Below, piece by piece: positions 10,130 to 20,138 of a DNA stretch of 53,116 nucleotides. The first letter of the stretch is position 1; each line of letters starts with the position of its first letter. Source of the stretch: an uncultured Rubrivivax sp. (lineage in GTDB: Bacteria; Pseudomonadota; Gammaproteobacteria; Burkholderiales; Burkholderiaceae_C); the NCBI GenBank assembly GCA_964498795.1, contig CAZCJB010000003.1, forward strand, positions 1,906 to 55,021, in the 5' to 3' direction. Made by a program: the position numbers and the translations under genes. The notes beneath the pieces are model-generated. The model was not told where the DNA came from. It searched no databases and saw only the letters and a list, made by a program, of their open reading frames with translations.

Positions 10130-11251
10130 TCAGCGTGACTCACTTTCTGCTTTCAAGTACACGCGCGCCGAGTCGCGAGCCGCATTGCGCCCGCCCGCGG
10201 AGACTGAGGTGTTGTCTTGCCCATTCCAGGGGCCCCTGCCCGTCACTTCGGTCCATTGCGCCAAAGGGAGTTCCAAGCTTGAAGCTGCGGTGGCCGAGCC
10301 TTGGGAGATGCTGCTCGACGAGACCGATGGCGAGAAGAACTCCAGGCGCACGGATTTGCCACTCAGGCGTGCCACGACTTGCATCGGGCCCATGGTTTGG
10401 ACCCTTGCTGCGGCTTTGTCAGCAGACCGGTTGTTCATGGCTTTGCCCAAATCCCAGGTTGCCGCCACACCGTCTTGCAACTGCAACTTTCTCTCGGGCA
10501 CATTGTTGGCCGCAGCCCCTCCAGGCGCGTTCAATTCACCCAACCACAGCGACAAACGCAAGGCCCCTTTGGTGGCGGCCGCAGGTGCGTTGTTCAACGA
10601 GGTGGTTTCCGGCGGCAAATCCAAGAACGACGGGATCGAAGGCAAGGGCTTGGGGCGATCCGAGGGCTGTATGCCCAGGAAACCCGCCTCGCCTTGCTTC
10701 AACGCCACCGAGCCTGAAGGGCCCGCGAGCAGGGTGGCGCCACGAAAGACGCGGTTGTAGGTGCCTTGCAATATTCCCAATTCCACAGCCAACTGTGCAT
10801 TGGCATACACCGCGTCGAATTCGGTGCCACGAATGCCTATCGTGGCATTGGGCGTGCTGAGCTTGTAGTCACCACCTTTGGCGGGTGAGATGGCACCGGT
10901 GATGGTGCGCATGCTGCCTGCGGCCAATTGCAACTTGGCCTCGTTGCGATCAGCACCATGTTGACTGGATTTGTAGGCGTTGATCTTGAATTCGGTGCTA
11001 GGCCGCAACCAGATCTGGGCATCATCCACCATGCGAAGCTGCACATTGGATTGAGGCGCCGTCATGACGGTGTCACCCTCATACAGCTGGTCGCCACGGA
11101 TGGCGGGCGCTTGTTGGCCCGAACGTCTGGCGATGCGTGCAGAGCCCAGCACTTGTTGGATGGTGCCGGCAAAAGCCAGCGCCTCTTGCGCCGTGAAGAG
11201 GCCCAACCACAAGATGAACGCGAGGGTCCAGGGAAATCTTGACATGTTCAA
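10130..11251 (-). CDS. Exported FecR-domain protein with an extra C-terminal beta-rich domain
   Basis: Signal peptide; LYEGDTVMT and TPNATIGIRGTEF FecR-like motifs; Pro-rich linker; about 150-aa C-terminal domain. Confidence 0.8.
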   Translation of the reverse strand: MNMSRFPWTLAFILWLGLFTAQEALAFAGTIQQVLGSARIARRSGQQAPAIRGDQLYEGDTVMTAPQSNVQLRMVDDAQIWLRPSTEFKINAYKSSQHGADRNEAKLQLAAGSMRTITGAISPAKGGDYKLSTPNATIGIRGTEFDAVYANAQLAVELGILQGTYNRVFRGATLLAGPSGSVALKQGEAGFLGIQPSDRPKPLPSIPSFLDLPPETTSLNNAPAAATKGALRLSLWLGELNAPGGAAANNVPERKLQLQDGVAATWDLGKAMNNRSADKAAARVQTMGPMQVVARLSGKSVRLEFFSPSVSSSSISQGSATAASSLELPLAQWTEVTGRGPWNGQDNTSVSAGGRNAARDSARVYLKAESESR

Positions 11252-11256
11252 AAACT

Positions 11257-12384
11257 CTACAAACGCTCCACCACCACGCTGCCGATGGAATACCCGGCCC
11301 CAAAGGAGCAGATCACCCCCTGATCACCCGAGGTCAAATCCGCACGGTGGTGATGGAAGGCGATGATGGAACCCGCCGAGGCGGTGTTGGCATATTGATC
11401 AAGGATGAGCGGCGCGATGTCGGAGCCAGCCTCACCCCCGACCAACTTTTTCACCACCAATTGATTCATGCCCAGGTTGGCCTGGTGCAGCCAGAAGCGC
11501 TTCATCTGTGTGGGCTTCAAGCCCAAAGACTGAAGGTGACTCTCAATGTGGGCGGCGGCCATGGGCACCACCTCTTTGAACACTTTGCGCCCTTCTTGCC
11601 GGAAGGTCTTGTCACGTGCATCCGGGTCGGTGTCTTCACATCGGTTCATGAACCCGGCGTTGTTTCGTATGTGGTTGGAAAACTGTGTCACCAACCGCGT
11701 GCCTTTCACACCCCAGAGGTCGGCCGAAGTGGCCGTGTCAGCCGCCTCGACCACCAAGGCCGTGCACACATCCCCAAAAATGAAGTGGCAATCACGGTCG
11801 CGCCACTCCAGGTGAGCGGAGGTGATTTCCGGGTTGACGATGAGCACGCAGCGCGCCGTGCCACATCGCACGGCGTTGACGGCTTGCTCGATGGCAAACG
11901 TGGCCGATGAGCAAGCCACATTCATGTCGAACGCATAGCCTCCCGCCCCCAAGCCTTGCTGGATTTCCACCGCCATGGCCGGGTAGGCACGTTGCATATT
12001 GGCGGCCGCGCACAACACGGCATCGACCTCGCTCGCAGACTTGCCCGCACGCTGCAGTGCCTGCTGCCCCGCGGCCACGGCGATCTCGGCCATCAGCGAC
12101 AACTGATCATCCGAACGGGGCTCAAAGCGGGGCCGCATCCGGTGGGGATCGAGCACGCCTTGTTTATCGATCACATACCGCTGCTTGATGCCTGAGGCCT
12201 TCTCGATAAACTCTACCGAAGAAGGCGTCACCGGCTCCAATTCGCCAGCCGCGATCAGGGCGGCATGCTTTTCGTTTTGGAGGGCGGCATAGGCATTAAA
12301 CGCCTCTACCAGCTCGGCATTGGTAATGACATGGGGTGGCCGGTACAGGCCGGTGCCAGAGATGACGACGTCTGCGGAATTCAT
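11257..12384 (-). CDS. Beta-ketoacyl-ACP synthase III (FabH-like, long type)
   Basis: NVACSS catalytic Cys, FIFGD, LHQAN, ANTASA and SFGAG motifs. Confidence 0.92.
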   Translation of the reverse strand: MNSADVVISGTGLYRPPHVITNAELVEAFNAYAALQNEKHAALIAAGELEPVTPSSVEFIEKASGIKQRYVIDKQGVLDPHRMRPRFEPRSDDQLSLMAEIAVAAGQQALQRAGKSASEVDAVLCAAANMQRAYPAMAVEIQQGLGAGGYAFDMNVACSSATFAIEQAVNAVRCGTARCVLIVNPEITSAHLEWRDRDCHFIFGDVCTALVVEAADTATSADLWGVKGTRLVTQFSNHIRNNAGFMNRCEDTDPDARDKTFRQEGRKVFKEVVPMAAAHIESHLQSLGLKPTQMKRFWLHQANLGMNQLVVKKLVGGEAGSDIAPLILDQYANTASAGSIIAFHHHRADLTSGDQGVICSFGAGYSIGSVVVERL

Positions 12385-12402
12385 GGGCGGTTCAGCGGCC
12401 TG

Positions 12403-13083
12403 TCACTTGCGCTTGGCCGCTGGCGCGTCCGCCTTGGCCTGATGCAGGGCCTCGGACATGCCCACCAAGACCCCACTGACCATGGCTGCATAGCTCTCGG
12501 CCAGCGCCTGAGCGGCTTTCAAGCTGGCCGCCCGGCTGGCACGCACGGCACTTTGCGCTTGCTCGAGCATTTGTTCGGCAGTGGCATTGGCCTGGGCACC
12601 GGACATCGTACCTGCCGACTGCATCTTTTCCAGCACTTGATTCCAGGCTCCCGCCAGAGGCACACTCGCCCCGGCCGCCGTCTTCTTCAACGCGCCGAAA
12701 AAAGCATCTTCAAACTTCTCCAGATCATCCACGGCTTTCTTGAGATGCTTTTCACGCAAGTCGGCGCCTTGGTTGACGAATTGACTCAAGGCGGCACGAT
12801 TGGCTTCGACCGCCTTGAGCAAGGCGTCGTCCATCCCAGCAGCAGCCTTGGCCAACAAAGCCGGGACATCGACCCCGGCACTCATGTTCTTGGCAGCGCC
12901 TTGGCTGGCGGCATCGGACACCGTCTTCAGCGCGCTTTGGATATTTTTGAGGGTGAGTTCACGCCCTTGCAACGCTTTGAGCGTCGCCTCGGAGGCTGCC
13001 TTGCGCAGCTGGGCACTGCCCTTGGCGCTGGCGCTGGCAAATTTGGCAATGAGTTCTTCCTGGTCAAAGAGGGGCTTGCTCAT
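12403..13083 (-). CDS. Ala/Lys-rich all-helical hypothetical protein (DUF6781-like, phasin-like composition)
   Basis: 226 aa from MSKPLFDQ; GGAGA RBS upstream; amphipathic helical pattern. Family assignment is from recall only. Confidence 0.6.
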   Translation of the reverse strand: MSKPLFDQEELIAKFASASAKGSAQLRKAASEATLKALQGRELTLKNIQSALKTVSDAASQGAAKNMSAGVDVPALLAKAAAGMDDALLKAVEANRAALSQFVNQGADLREKHLKKAVDDLEKFEDAFFGALKKTAAGASVPLAGAWNQVLEKMQSAGTMSGAQANATAEQMLEQAQSAVRASRAASLKAAQALAESYAAMVSGVLVGMSEALHQAKADAPAAKRK

Positions 13084-13212
13084 GGGCGGTCTCCTGGATG
13101 GACATGGACGAGAACGGACAATTCCCGATCCTCGCACCACAGGCCGAGCCCCACAAGCCCGGGGTTCCCCTTGCCAAACCCTGATAATGGAGAGTTTCGT
13201 CGACCCTGTGCC

Positions 13213-14295
13213 ATGACCCGAGTCTTCAATTTCAGCGCCGGCCCTGCCGCATTGCCCGAGAGTGTGTTGCGCGAAGCAGCACACGAAATGCTGGACTGGC
13301 ATGGCAGCGGCATGTCGGTGATGGAAATGAGCCACCGTGGCAAGGAGTTCATGTCCATCCACGCCGAAGCCCTGAGCCTGTTGCGTGAGTTGCTGAACGT
13401 GCCTGCACATTACAAAGTGCTCTTCATGCAGGGTGGCGCCATCGCCGAAAACGCCATCGTGCCGATGAACATGCTGCGCGGACGCCCCAGTGCAGATTAC
13501 ATCGACACCGGAGAATGGTCTACACGGTCCATCCAAGAAGCGCGCCGTTATGGAGGCGTGAATGTCGCGGCGACGGCGGCTGAAGGAGGCTACACCTCCA
13601 TTCCGGATCGTCAAGGCTGGCAGCTGGACCCCCATGCGGCTTACGTGCACATCTGCGCCAACGAGACCATCGGCGGCGTGGAATATCACTTCACGCCCGA
13701 GGTGGGTGACGTACCGCTGGTGGCCGACATGTCCAGCAACCTGTTGTCCCGGCCCATCGATGTGTCACGCTATGGCCTCATTTACGCCGGTGCACAAAAA
13801 AATATCGGCCCTGCGGGCTTGACCATCGTCATCGTTCGTGAAGACCTGTTGGGCGGCGCCATGGCCTGCACGCCCACGGCCTTTGACTACCGCGTCGTGG
13901 CCGACCACGGTTCGATGTACAACACACCTCCTACCTATGGCATCTACATGGCAGGCTTGGTGTTTCGCTGGTTGAAGGCGCAAGGGGGCTTGCCCGCCAT
14001 CGAAGCTCGCAATCGCGCCAAGGCGCAAATGCTTTACGACGCCATCGACGGCTCCGACCTGTACCGCAACGATGTCGATCCGGCCTGCCGGTCTTGGATG
14101 AATGTGCCTTTCAAGCTGAAAGATTCCGCCCTGGATGAGGCATTTCTCAAGGGAGCTCAAGCCGAGGGTCTGGTGCAGCTCAAGGGCCACCGCCTGTTGG
14201 GTGGTATGAGGGCATCGATCTACAACGCCATGCCTGAGGAGGGCGTGAAGGCGCTGGTGGATTACCTCAAGGCTTTTGAGGCGAGGGTCGGCTAA
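13213..14295 (+). CDS. serC: Phosphoserine aminotransferase
   Basis: [25 protein letters not shown] (PLP Lys), NTPP and [10 protein letters not shown] motifs. The real start is 13213, not the 12265 ORF start. Confidence 0.97.
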   Translation: MTRVFNFSAGPAALPESVLREAAHEMLDWHGSGMSVMEMSHRGKEFMSIHAEALSLLRELLNVPAHYKVLFMQGGAIAENAIVPMNMLRGRPSADYIDTGEWSTRSIQEARRYGGVNVAATAAEGGYTSIPDRQGWQLDPHAAYVHICANETIGGVEYHFTPEVGDVPLVADMSSNLLSRPIDVSRYGLIYAGAQKNIGPAGLTIVIVREDLLGGAMACTPTAFDYRVVADHGSMYNTPPTYGIYMAGLVFRWLKAQGGLPAIEARNRAKAQMLYDAIDGSDLYRNDVDPACRSWMNVPFKLKDSALDEAFLKGAQAEGLVQLKGHRLLGGMRASIYNAMPEEGVKALVDYLKAFEARVG

Positions 14296-15013
14296 GGATC
14301 GCTTGGACGGCAGCTCCTTCGACAGCGTCTGCGTCCCACGCAATCCCGCGCTCTTTGGCAAAGGCTTCAAGCGCAGGCACGAGAGGGCCTAGGCGCTCCT
14401 CGATGGCATCGCGCACCGTGTCGACCACCACCTGAGTGGACCGATCAATCTCGAGGTTCAAGCGGGCGCCCTCGCCGAGCGTGCCAAACGTGGTCATGCG
14501 CAAGGTTTCAGGGATGAGCCACACCTCAAACGCACCGCCTCCACCGGACAAACGCGTGGCCTCTGCCACGGTCAAACTCGCGCCGTTAACGGCGATGTAG
14601 CCCTTGGCAAAGATGTAGCGCATCCAGGGTGCAGGCACCTCCACCGTCAGGACACGGTTGTTCTGCGGTTCGCGCACTGCTGCCAAGCGCGCCACCACGT
14701 CCACATGCCCTGACAAGGGGTGGCCGCCGATCTCAGCACCCTCTCGGGCCGCACGCTCCACATTGACCCGGCTGCCTGCTTGAAGCGTGGACAGGGTGGT
14801 GAGGCGCAGGCTCTGTTGCATGATGTCAAAGTCGGCCACGTCACCCGCGTGGGCGTGGGTCACTGTCAGACAGACTCCGTCGACCGCCACACTGGCTCCC
14901 ACGGCCAAATCTGCACAAAACCCAGGCGGGCATTGCAGGGAGATGCGGCGAAGACCGGTCTGGTCTACCACCGCCGATACGGTGGCCATGCCTTGGATGA
15001 TGCCTGTGAACAT
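14267..15013 (-). CDS. ribC: Riboflavin synthase (alpha-subunit type)
   Basis: MFTGIIQG N-terminus; GVCLT, VNVERA, GGH..SGH and LIPET motifs. Confidence 0.93.
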   Translation of the reverse strand: MFTGIIQGMATVSAVVDQTGLRRISLQCPPGFCADLAVGASVAVDGVCLTVTHAHAGDVADFDIMQQSLRLTTLSTLQAGSRVNVERAAREGAEIGGHPLSGHVDVVARLAAVREPQNNRVLTVEVPAPWMRYIFAKGYIAVNGASLTVAEATRLSGGGGAFEVWLIPETLRMTTFGTLGEGARLNLEIDRSTQVVVDTVRDAIEERLGPLVPALEAFAKERGIAWDADAVEGAAVQAILSRPSPQKP

Positions 15014-15025
15014 GAAGATCGGGGT

Positions 15026-15391
15026 TCAGCGCAAAGTTGTAAGTCGGTCTTGCCAGAGGGCTGGCTCAAAACCCAATGTCAGCGTGCCGTCGCTCCATTG
15101 CACCACAGGACGCTTGATGAGGCTCAGGTTCTCCAATAGCAAGGCGGGCAATGAGGCACCGTCCTGGGCACGGGCCCTCGTGGCCTCGTCCATGCGGCGC
15201 CAGGTCAGCCCTTGGCGATTGACCAGTTTGTCGGAGCCCAGCGCGCGCAGCCACCGGCCCAAATCCTCGGGAGAGGCGCCCAGTTTTTTGAAGTCGTGAA
15301 AATGGTAAGGGTGGCCCTGTGCGTCGAGCCACGCTCGAGCACGCTTGACCGTGTCGCAATGGGGGATGCCATAAACCACCGTGTGGGGCAT
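15026..15391 (-). CDS. ArsC/Spx family (YffB-like) protein
   Basis: YGIPHCDTVKRA, HDFKK, LVNR.G.TWR and IKRPV motifs; GGAG upstream of ATG 15391. Confidence 0.9.
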   Translation of the reverse strand: MPHTVVYGIPHCDTVKRARAWLDAQGHPYHFHDFKKLGASPEDLGRWLRALGSDKLVNRQGLTWRRMDEATRARAQDGASLPALLLENLSLIKRPVVQWSDGTLTLGFEPALWQDRLTTLR

Positions 15392-15500
15392 TTCAATCTC
15401 CGGCTTGGGTGGACCAGATCGTACGCGATCCTGCATCGGCCTGGGCCGAACCGCGTTCAGGATCGAAGCGTCTTGCGCCGGCAGAGTGGCCCCGGTGGGG

Positions 15501-16154
15501 TCACACCAACACTTGTGCCACCTCGGCCACTTCACCCCCTTCGCGTTGGATCACTTGCAACGCTCGCAAGCCATCGCCGATCCTCATGTCCAGGGGCGCG
15601 ACCGCGTCACCCAAGATCACCACCTCCCAGCCCTGAGCCAGGGCGTCGCGCGCAGTGTGAAGGATGCAGGTGTCGGTCGCCAAACCTCCCATGAACAGCC
15701 GATGAATGCCCGCCCGCCGAAGCCGCTGGGTCAAATCGGTGGCGTCGAAGGCCGAAGATCCCAGCGCGTCCGCCTCTTGTCCTTTGGAGACCGCCACCAG
15801 ATTCTCAGGCAACCACAGGCCGTCGGCCCATTGGGCGCCTGGCGATCCTTGGATGCAATGCGGTGGCCAAGGCCCCCCTTGAGAGACAAAGGAGCGGTGA
15901 TTCTGCGGATGCCAATCTCGGCTGGCGAATACGTGCAACCCTCGACTCACAAATTTGGCCATGCATGCATTCAGACGCGGAAGAATCCGCTCACTGCCAG
16001 CGATGGTCATCGCACCTCCAGGCAAGAAATCACGCTGCACGTCGACGATCAACAAGGCATCTGCCGACTCCAAGTGCAAGGGGATCAACGCCGGTGTGGA
16101 CGACGGCACCAAGTGGCGCTTCACTGAGGCAGGATCTGCGAGCTCGATCATCAT
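15501..16154 (-). CDS. pncA: Nicotinamidase / isochorismatase family cysteine hydrolase
   Basis: IVDVQRDFLPGG, DWHP, WPPHC, SKG and GLATDTC motifs; start uncertain. Confidence 0.82.
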   Translation of the reverse strand: MMIELADPASVKRHLVPSSTPALIPLHLESADALLIVDVQRDFLPGGAMTIAGSERILPRLNACMAKFVSRGLHVFASRDWHPQNHRSFVSQGGPWPPHCIQGSPGAQWADGLWLPENLVAVSKGQEADALGSSAFDATDLTQRLRRAGIHRLFMGGLATDTCILHTARDALAQGWEVVILGDAVAPLDMRIGDGLRALQVIQREGGEVAEVAQVLV

Positions 16155-16255
16155 GAGGGGATGATGATCGGATGGAGCGTCTTCGCATTGAGCCTGCGCA
16201 TCGCCCATCACCCTGTAGGCACGGATGGTCGCCCGTACTCGACTTCAGCACCTGC

Positions 16256-17473
16256 ATGGAATCCATGTCCCCCTGGTACACCCGCCGTCCTTCAGCCGTG
16301 AAGCTCTCATCGGAAGGGCTGTCAAGGTCAGCGCTGCAAGCCCGCATCTGCTTCTTGCAAGATCCCGCCGCTTGGGCGGCCCTGGATCCACAGTGTCGAC
16401 ACATCGAAATGGTGGAAACCCAAATGTCTTGGGTCTTCCTGGGTCAGCATGCCGCCTTGAAGCTCAAGAAGCCCATTCGCACCCCCGAACTCGACTTCAC
16501 CACGCTGCAAAGTCGCATTTGGCATTGCCAAGAAGAACTCCGCCTGAACGCCAGATTGGCGCCTGGGGTCTACCAGGGTTTGATGGCCCTCGTTTCGCTG
16601 ACCCGTGGGGATGCGAACCACCAAGGCACCGAGGCGGCCCTTCTACCCGCGTACCGTCTGCGGCCTTGGTATGAAGAGGCCGGCAACGGCGGTGCATTGG
16701 AGTGTTTGGTGTGGATGAGGCGCCTGCCGAAGCGGCGCATGATGAGCCGGCTGATTGCCAAGGACCAACTGCGCCCGGTGGAGGTGGATCAACTGGCGCA
16801 TACCTTGGTGAAGTTTTATGCCCAGGCGACCCGCGTGCCGATGGAGCCGCACCTTTGGAGATCTCGATATTGCGATGAATGGGCCACCCATCAACGGGTG
16901 TTGCTGAGCCCTTGGGGGGAGGGATTGGTCTCGACCGCTTGGATGCACCGCGCATGGCGGGCCCAAGCCCTCATGGGGTCGGCATTGGCACAACGGTGTG
17001 CCCAAAGAGCCTTCGTGGAAGGCCATGGAGATCTGCGCCCGGATCACGTTTGCTTCTGGACATCGCCCGTGGTGATGGATGCTCTCGAGTTCAATGCCCG
17101 ATTACGCTGGGTGGATCCCTTTGACGAACTTGACTACCTGGCGCTGGAGTGTGAGGTGCTGGGTGCTGCTTGGGTGGGCACTCGACTGTGGTCCGCTTGG
17201 CAGGCTCACGCCATGGACCGTGACACCCTGCCCACGCAGCCCACGCAAGCCCTGAAGCACTTGTACCGGCTGCGCCGATCCTTGCTGCGCGCGCGATTGT
17301 GCATCGCACACCTGATGTCTCCAAGCCCACGAACGCCGCTGCGCTGGCGGCCTCTCGCAAGGCGCTACTTGCAGTGTGCAGACGAGTCTCTTCAGGCCAT
17401 CGAGGTCGCGGCAAATTCCCTGTCAATGGCTTTTGACAATAGAGCGCCCGCTGAGACCACCGTGACTTTGTGA
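16256..17473 (+). CDS. Aminoglycoside-phosphotransferase-like kinase-fold protein (COG2187 / Rv2004c N-terminal-like), without the P-loop domain
   Basis: ETQMSWVFL, KLKKP, EELRLNARLAP, EGHGDLR and DALEFN motifs; start uncertain. Confidence 0.75.
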   Translation: MESMSPWYTRRPSAVKLSSEGLSRSALQARICFLQDPAAWAALDPQCRHIEMVETQMSWVFLGQHAALKLKKPIRTPELDFTTLQSRIWHCQEELRLNARLAPGVYQGLMALVSLTRGDANHQGTEAALLPAYRLRPWYEEAGNGGALECLVWMRRLPKRRMMSRLIAKDQLRPVEVDQLAHTLVKFYAQATRVPMEPHLWRSRYCDEWATHQRVLLSPWGEGLVSTAWMHRAWRAQALMGSALAQRCAQRAFVEGHGDLRPDHVCFWTSPVVMDALEFNARLRWVDPFDELDYLALECEVLGAAWVGTRLWSAWQAHAMDRDTLPTQPTQALKHLYRLRRSLLRARLCIAHLMSPSPRTPLRWRPLARRYLQCADESLQAIEVAANSLSMAFDNRAPAETTVTL

Positions 17474-18378
17474 GCCCATGGCAAGTCCAGCGGCCCATGG
17501 GAAGGCGAAATGCTGTCAGTCCACAAGATGTGATCGATGTCAGGTGAGGCGAGATGATCGTTCGCATCCGGGGACAGCACGGCGTGCGTGACGACAAAGA
17601 TCACACCGATGGCACCCGCCTGGCGCAATGCGGAGGCAGCCATCGCAGCGGTTCGCCCCGTCGACACCAAATCATCCACCAAGACGACCCATCGACCCTG
17701 CACGTCTCCGGCCACCATCAAGCCACCCGTGAGTTGCCCGCCGCTGCGACGCTTGTCGACGATGGCGAATCCCAGATCACGCTGGGTAAAGTTTTGCAAC
17801 ACCTCTCGCCAGCGCAATGCGCGCTTGACGCCTCCTGGATCAGGGGATGCAATGGTCCAAGACGCCGCGCGCACAGGATCGACTTCAGCCTTCATGCGTT
17901 GCATCACCCAATCGTCGAACACACGATGTCCGTCCAACCGTTGGGCTCGGCCGCGGAATGCATTGTCAAACGCCGCGCGGTTGTGCACTTCAAGGGCCAC
18001 GACACCATCGGTCCCCACCGTCTCCAAGAGCTGTGCCACCACTCTCAAACTCACGGGGTCCCAGTCTTGGGTGCGCTCGTCCTTGCGGGCATAGGCCAGG
18101 TAAGGGATGACCGCGATCACGCGTCGAGCCCCATGATCTTTCAAGGTCGCTAGAAAAAACAGCAAGCGCATCAGCTTATCTTGTGGAGATGCGCACGCAT
18201 CGCCCGCCAAGGTGGCGATGACGGCCACCTGCTGGCCACCAGGGTCCACCAGAGGTCTCACCTTGTGTTCGCCGTCCTCAAACGAACGATCTTCATGCGC
18301 AGCCAGGCTGCACCCGAGATGCCGGCAGATTTGCGCCGTCAGCGCAGACGCAGGATCTAGGCTGAAGAGCAAGGGCAT
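17392..18378 (-). CDS. prs: Ribose-phosphate pyrophosphokinase (accessory copy)
   Basis: FEDGEHK, PYLAYARKD, SPDPGGVKRA, DKRR and VDDLVSTG motifs. Confidence 0.9.
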   Translation of the reverse strand: MPLLFSLDPASALTAQICRHLGCSLAAHEDRSFEDGEHKVRPLVDPGGQQVAVIATLAGDACASPQDKLMRLLFFLATLKDHGARRVIAVIPYLAYARKDERTQDWDPVSLRVVAQLLETVGTDGVVALEVHNRAAFDNAFRGRAQRLDGHRVFDDWVMQRMKAEVDPVRAASWTIASPDPGGVKRALRWREVLQNFTQRDLGFAIVDKRRSGGQLTGGLMVAGDVQGRWVVLVDDLVSTGRTAAMAASALRQAGAIGVIFVVTHAVLSPDANDHLASPDIDHILWTDSISPSHGPLDLPWAHKVTVVSAGALLSKAIDREFAATSMA

Positions 18379-18379
18379 T

Positions 18380-18760
18380 TCAATCCTGTTCCAGATGAGG
18401 CGGTGATTGCCCCTGTGCAGGCTCTCCGGTCTCTGGGTCGATCCAAGCACCCATGCCGATCTCGTCCTCGGCTTCCCTCAAAGTTTCCCCGGGCGACCAC
18501 GCGGCATCGTCAAATCCGTCACGGTCAGCCCGGGCCAGTTCAAAGCTTTCAAACGGTCCGAACTCTTGGCGGCCATCTGGCGCCAGCCAGTAGTAGCCGT
18601 CGGCGCGGCTGGCGATGGGCGAGACCAGCTCTGGATCAGCAGGCGAAGGCTCGATGACCGAGTCGATCCCTCGCAATCCTTGATGAGGAGGGTCGGGCGG
18701 AAGTTTGGGGCGGACCGTCTTTTGTGGCATCGGCAACACCATAGGCCTTGAGGTCATCAC
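18380..18760 (-). CDS. Small acidic hypothetical protein
   Basis: 126-aa ORF whose stop abuts the prs start; contains YYW..DG.QE.GPF and an acidic tail. Confidence 0.6.
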   Translation of the reverse strand: MMTSRPMVLPMPQKTVRPKLPPDPPHQGLRGIDSVIEPSPADPELVSPIASRADGYYWLAPDGRQEFGPFESFELARADRDGFDDAAWSPGETLREAEDEIGMGAWIDPETGEPAQGQSPPHLEQD

Positions 18761-18765
18761 GGCCG

Positions 18766-18779
18766 TTGCGATCTCTCAA
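18766..18779. promoter_or_regulatory. Weak FNR/FixK-like box (TTGCG-N4-CTCAA)
   Basis: TTG-N8-CAA core between two divergent genes; 7/10 match to TTGAT-N4-ATCAA. Confidence 0.35.
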
Positions 18780-18815
18780 CGGCCGCCAACGATGTCTGGG
18801 GCACAAAGTCGAGGC

Positions 18816-19982
18816 ATGAACACCCTCAAAGTGCTGTTGGCGGGCGATCTGATGCTGGGACGGGGGATCGACCAGATCCTTCAGCACCCCAGCACACCTC
18901 AGTTGCACGAGTCGTATCACCGAGACGCACGCGACTATGTGCGGTTGGTGGAGCGCGTGCACGGCCCTTTGCCTCGTCAGGTCGACGCCGACCACGTCTG
19001 GGGAGATGCGCTGGTCCAGATAGACCACGCAGCGCCCGATCTGCGCATTGCCAACTTGGAAACCGCCATCACCACCGAATCGTACGCATGGCCCGGGAAA
19101 GGCGTGCACTATCGAATGCACCCGGCCAATGTGGCCTGCATCCGCGCGGGGGGGTTCCAGGCCTTGAGCTTGGCCAACAACCACGTGCTCGATTGGGGGC
19201 GCCCGGGCCTTGATCAGACCCTGCAGGTGTTGAAAGAGGCCGGTGTGCACACAGCGGGCGCGGGCTCCGACGGACAATCGGCATGGGGGCCCGCGACCTT
19301 GCCCTTGCCCGGAGGCGGTTATGCGCTCATGTTCGCATGCGCCACAGCCTCAAGCGGTGTACCCAACGGATGGGCTGCGGGGGTTGCGCATTCCGGCATC
19401 GCCCTGCTACCCGATCTTTCTGAGGCCACGGCCCGTGAGCTCGCGGCTGACGCCTCCCACCATCGCAGCAACCACGGGCTGGTGGTGGTCTCCATCCATT
19501 GGGGGGCCAACTGGCATGACAAATCGGCCTCCGAAGTGCCGCTCGAACATCGCCGCTTTGCACGCCGCCTGATCGACCTGGGTGCCGCCGACATTGTGCA
19601 TGGGCATTCGTCGCATCACCCGTTGCCCATTGAGGTCTACCGAGGGCGCTTGATCCTCTATGGCTGTGGCGACCTGATCAATGATTACGAAGGCATTGGC
19701 CCCCGAGGGGACTTGCGCAGCGATGTCTCGTGCCTGTACTTCGCCACGGTCGATCGGGAGCGCGGCACACTGCAAAAGCTTCACATTGTGCCCATGCAGA
19801 TGTTCAGGTTCCGCTTGGTGCACGCGGATGCACAGGCGCGCCGTTGGGTGCAAGACCTGCTGAACCGGGGCGGACAAAGCTTGGGAACCCATCTGGTGCC
19901 CAGACGTGTCGGATGGACCTTGCAATGGACGCGCACCTCCACCCGCACACCGGTGCCTCAGCCGGCCACCCAAAGCAGTTGA
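18816..19982 (+). CDS. CapA family (PGA_cap) metallophosphatase-like protein
   Basis: AGDLMLGRG, NLET, LANNH..DWG, SIHWG, GHSSHH and YGCGD motifs. Confidence 0.9.
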   Translation: MNTLKVLLAGDLMLGRGIDQILQHPSTPQLHESYHRDARDYVRLVERVHGPLPRQVDADHVWGDALVQIDHAAPDLRIANLETAITTESYAWPGKGVHYRMHPANVACIRAGGFQALSLANNHVLDWGRPGLDQTLQVLKEAGVHTAGAGSDGQSAWGPATLPLPGGGYALMFACATASSGVPNGWAAGVAHSGIALLPDLSEATARELAADASHHRSNHGLVVVSIHWGANWHDKSASEVPLEHRRFARRLIDLGAADIVHGHSSHHPLPIEVYRGRLILYGCGDLINDYEGIGPRGDLRSDVSCLYFATVDRERGTLQKLHIVPMQMFRFRLVHADAQARRWVQDLLNRGGQSLGTHLVPRRVGWTLQWTRTSTRTPVPQPATQSS

Positions 19983-20138
19983 CCTCCACGCCGACTCCTA
20001 CGCCACGCTGCGGCGTATGACGTACGAATGCGCCGACTCAACCGCAAGAGCTTTAACCCATCTGAATATGCACGTCGTGGACGGATTGCTGAATCCTAGA
20101 CCCACAGAACACGTTTGCAAACAACCCACCCAAGGAGC

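Noticed and set aside
12265-14295. 676-aa ORF suggesting a large N-terminal fusion to SerC
   Set aside because: The extension is the antisense shadow of the 12403-13083 gene and the start of the FabH-like gene; the canonical SerC N-terminus begins at 13213.
15026-15391. Arsenic-resistance operon
   Set aside because: The protein is YffB-like and no arsR/arsB/acr3 genes are nearby.
16256-17473. Aminoglycoside resistance gene
   Set aside because: Only fold-level similarity; the motifs match the COG2187 family and the context is stress/hypoxia, not mobile resistance.
18816-19982. Poly-gamma-glutamate capsule locus
   Set aside because: There is no capB/capC and no membrane anchor; only the CapA-like metallophosphatase domain is present.
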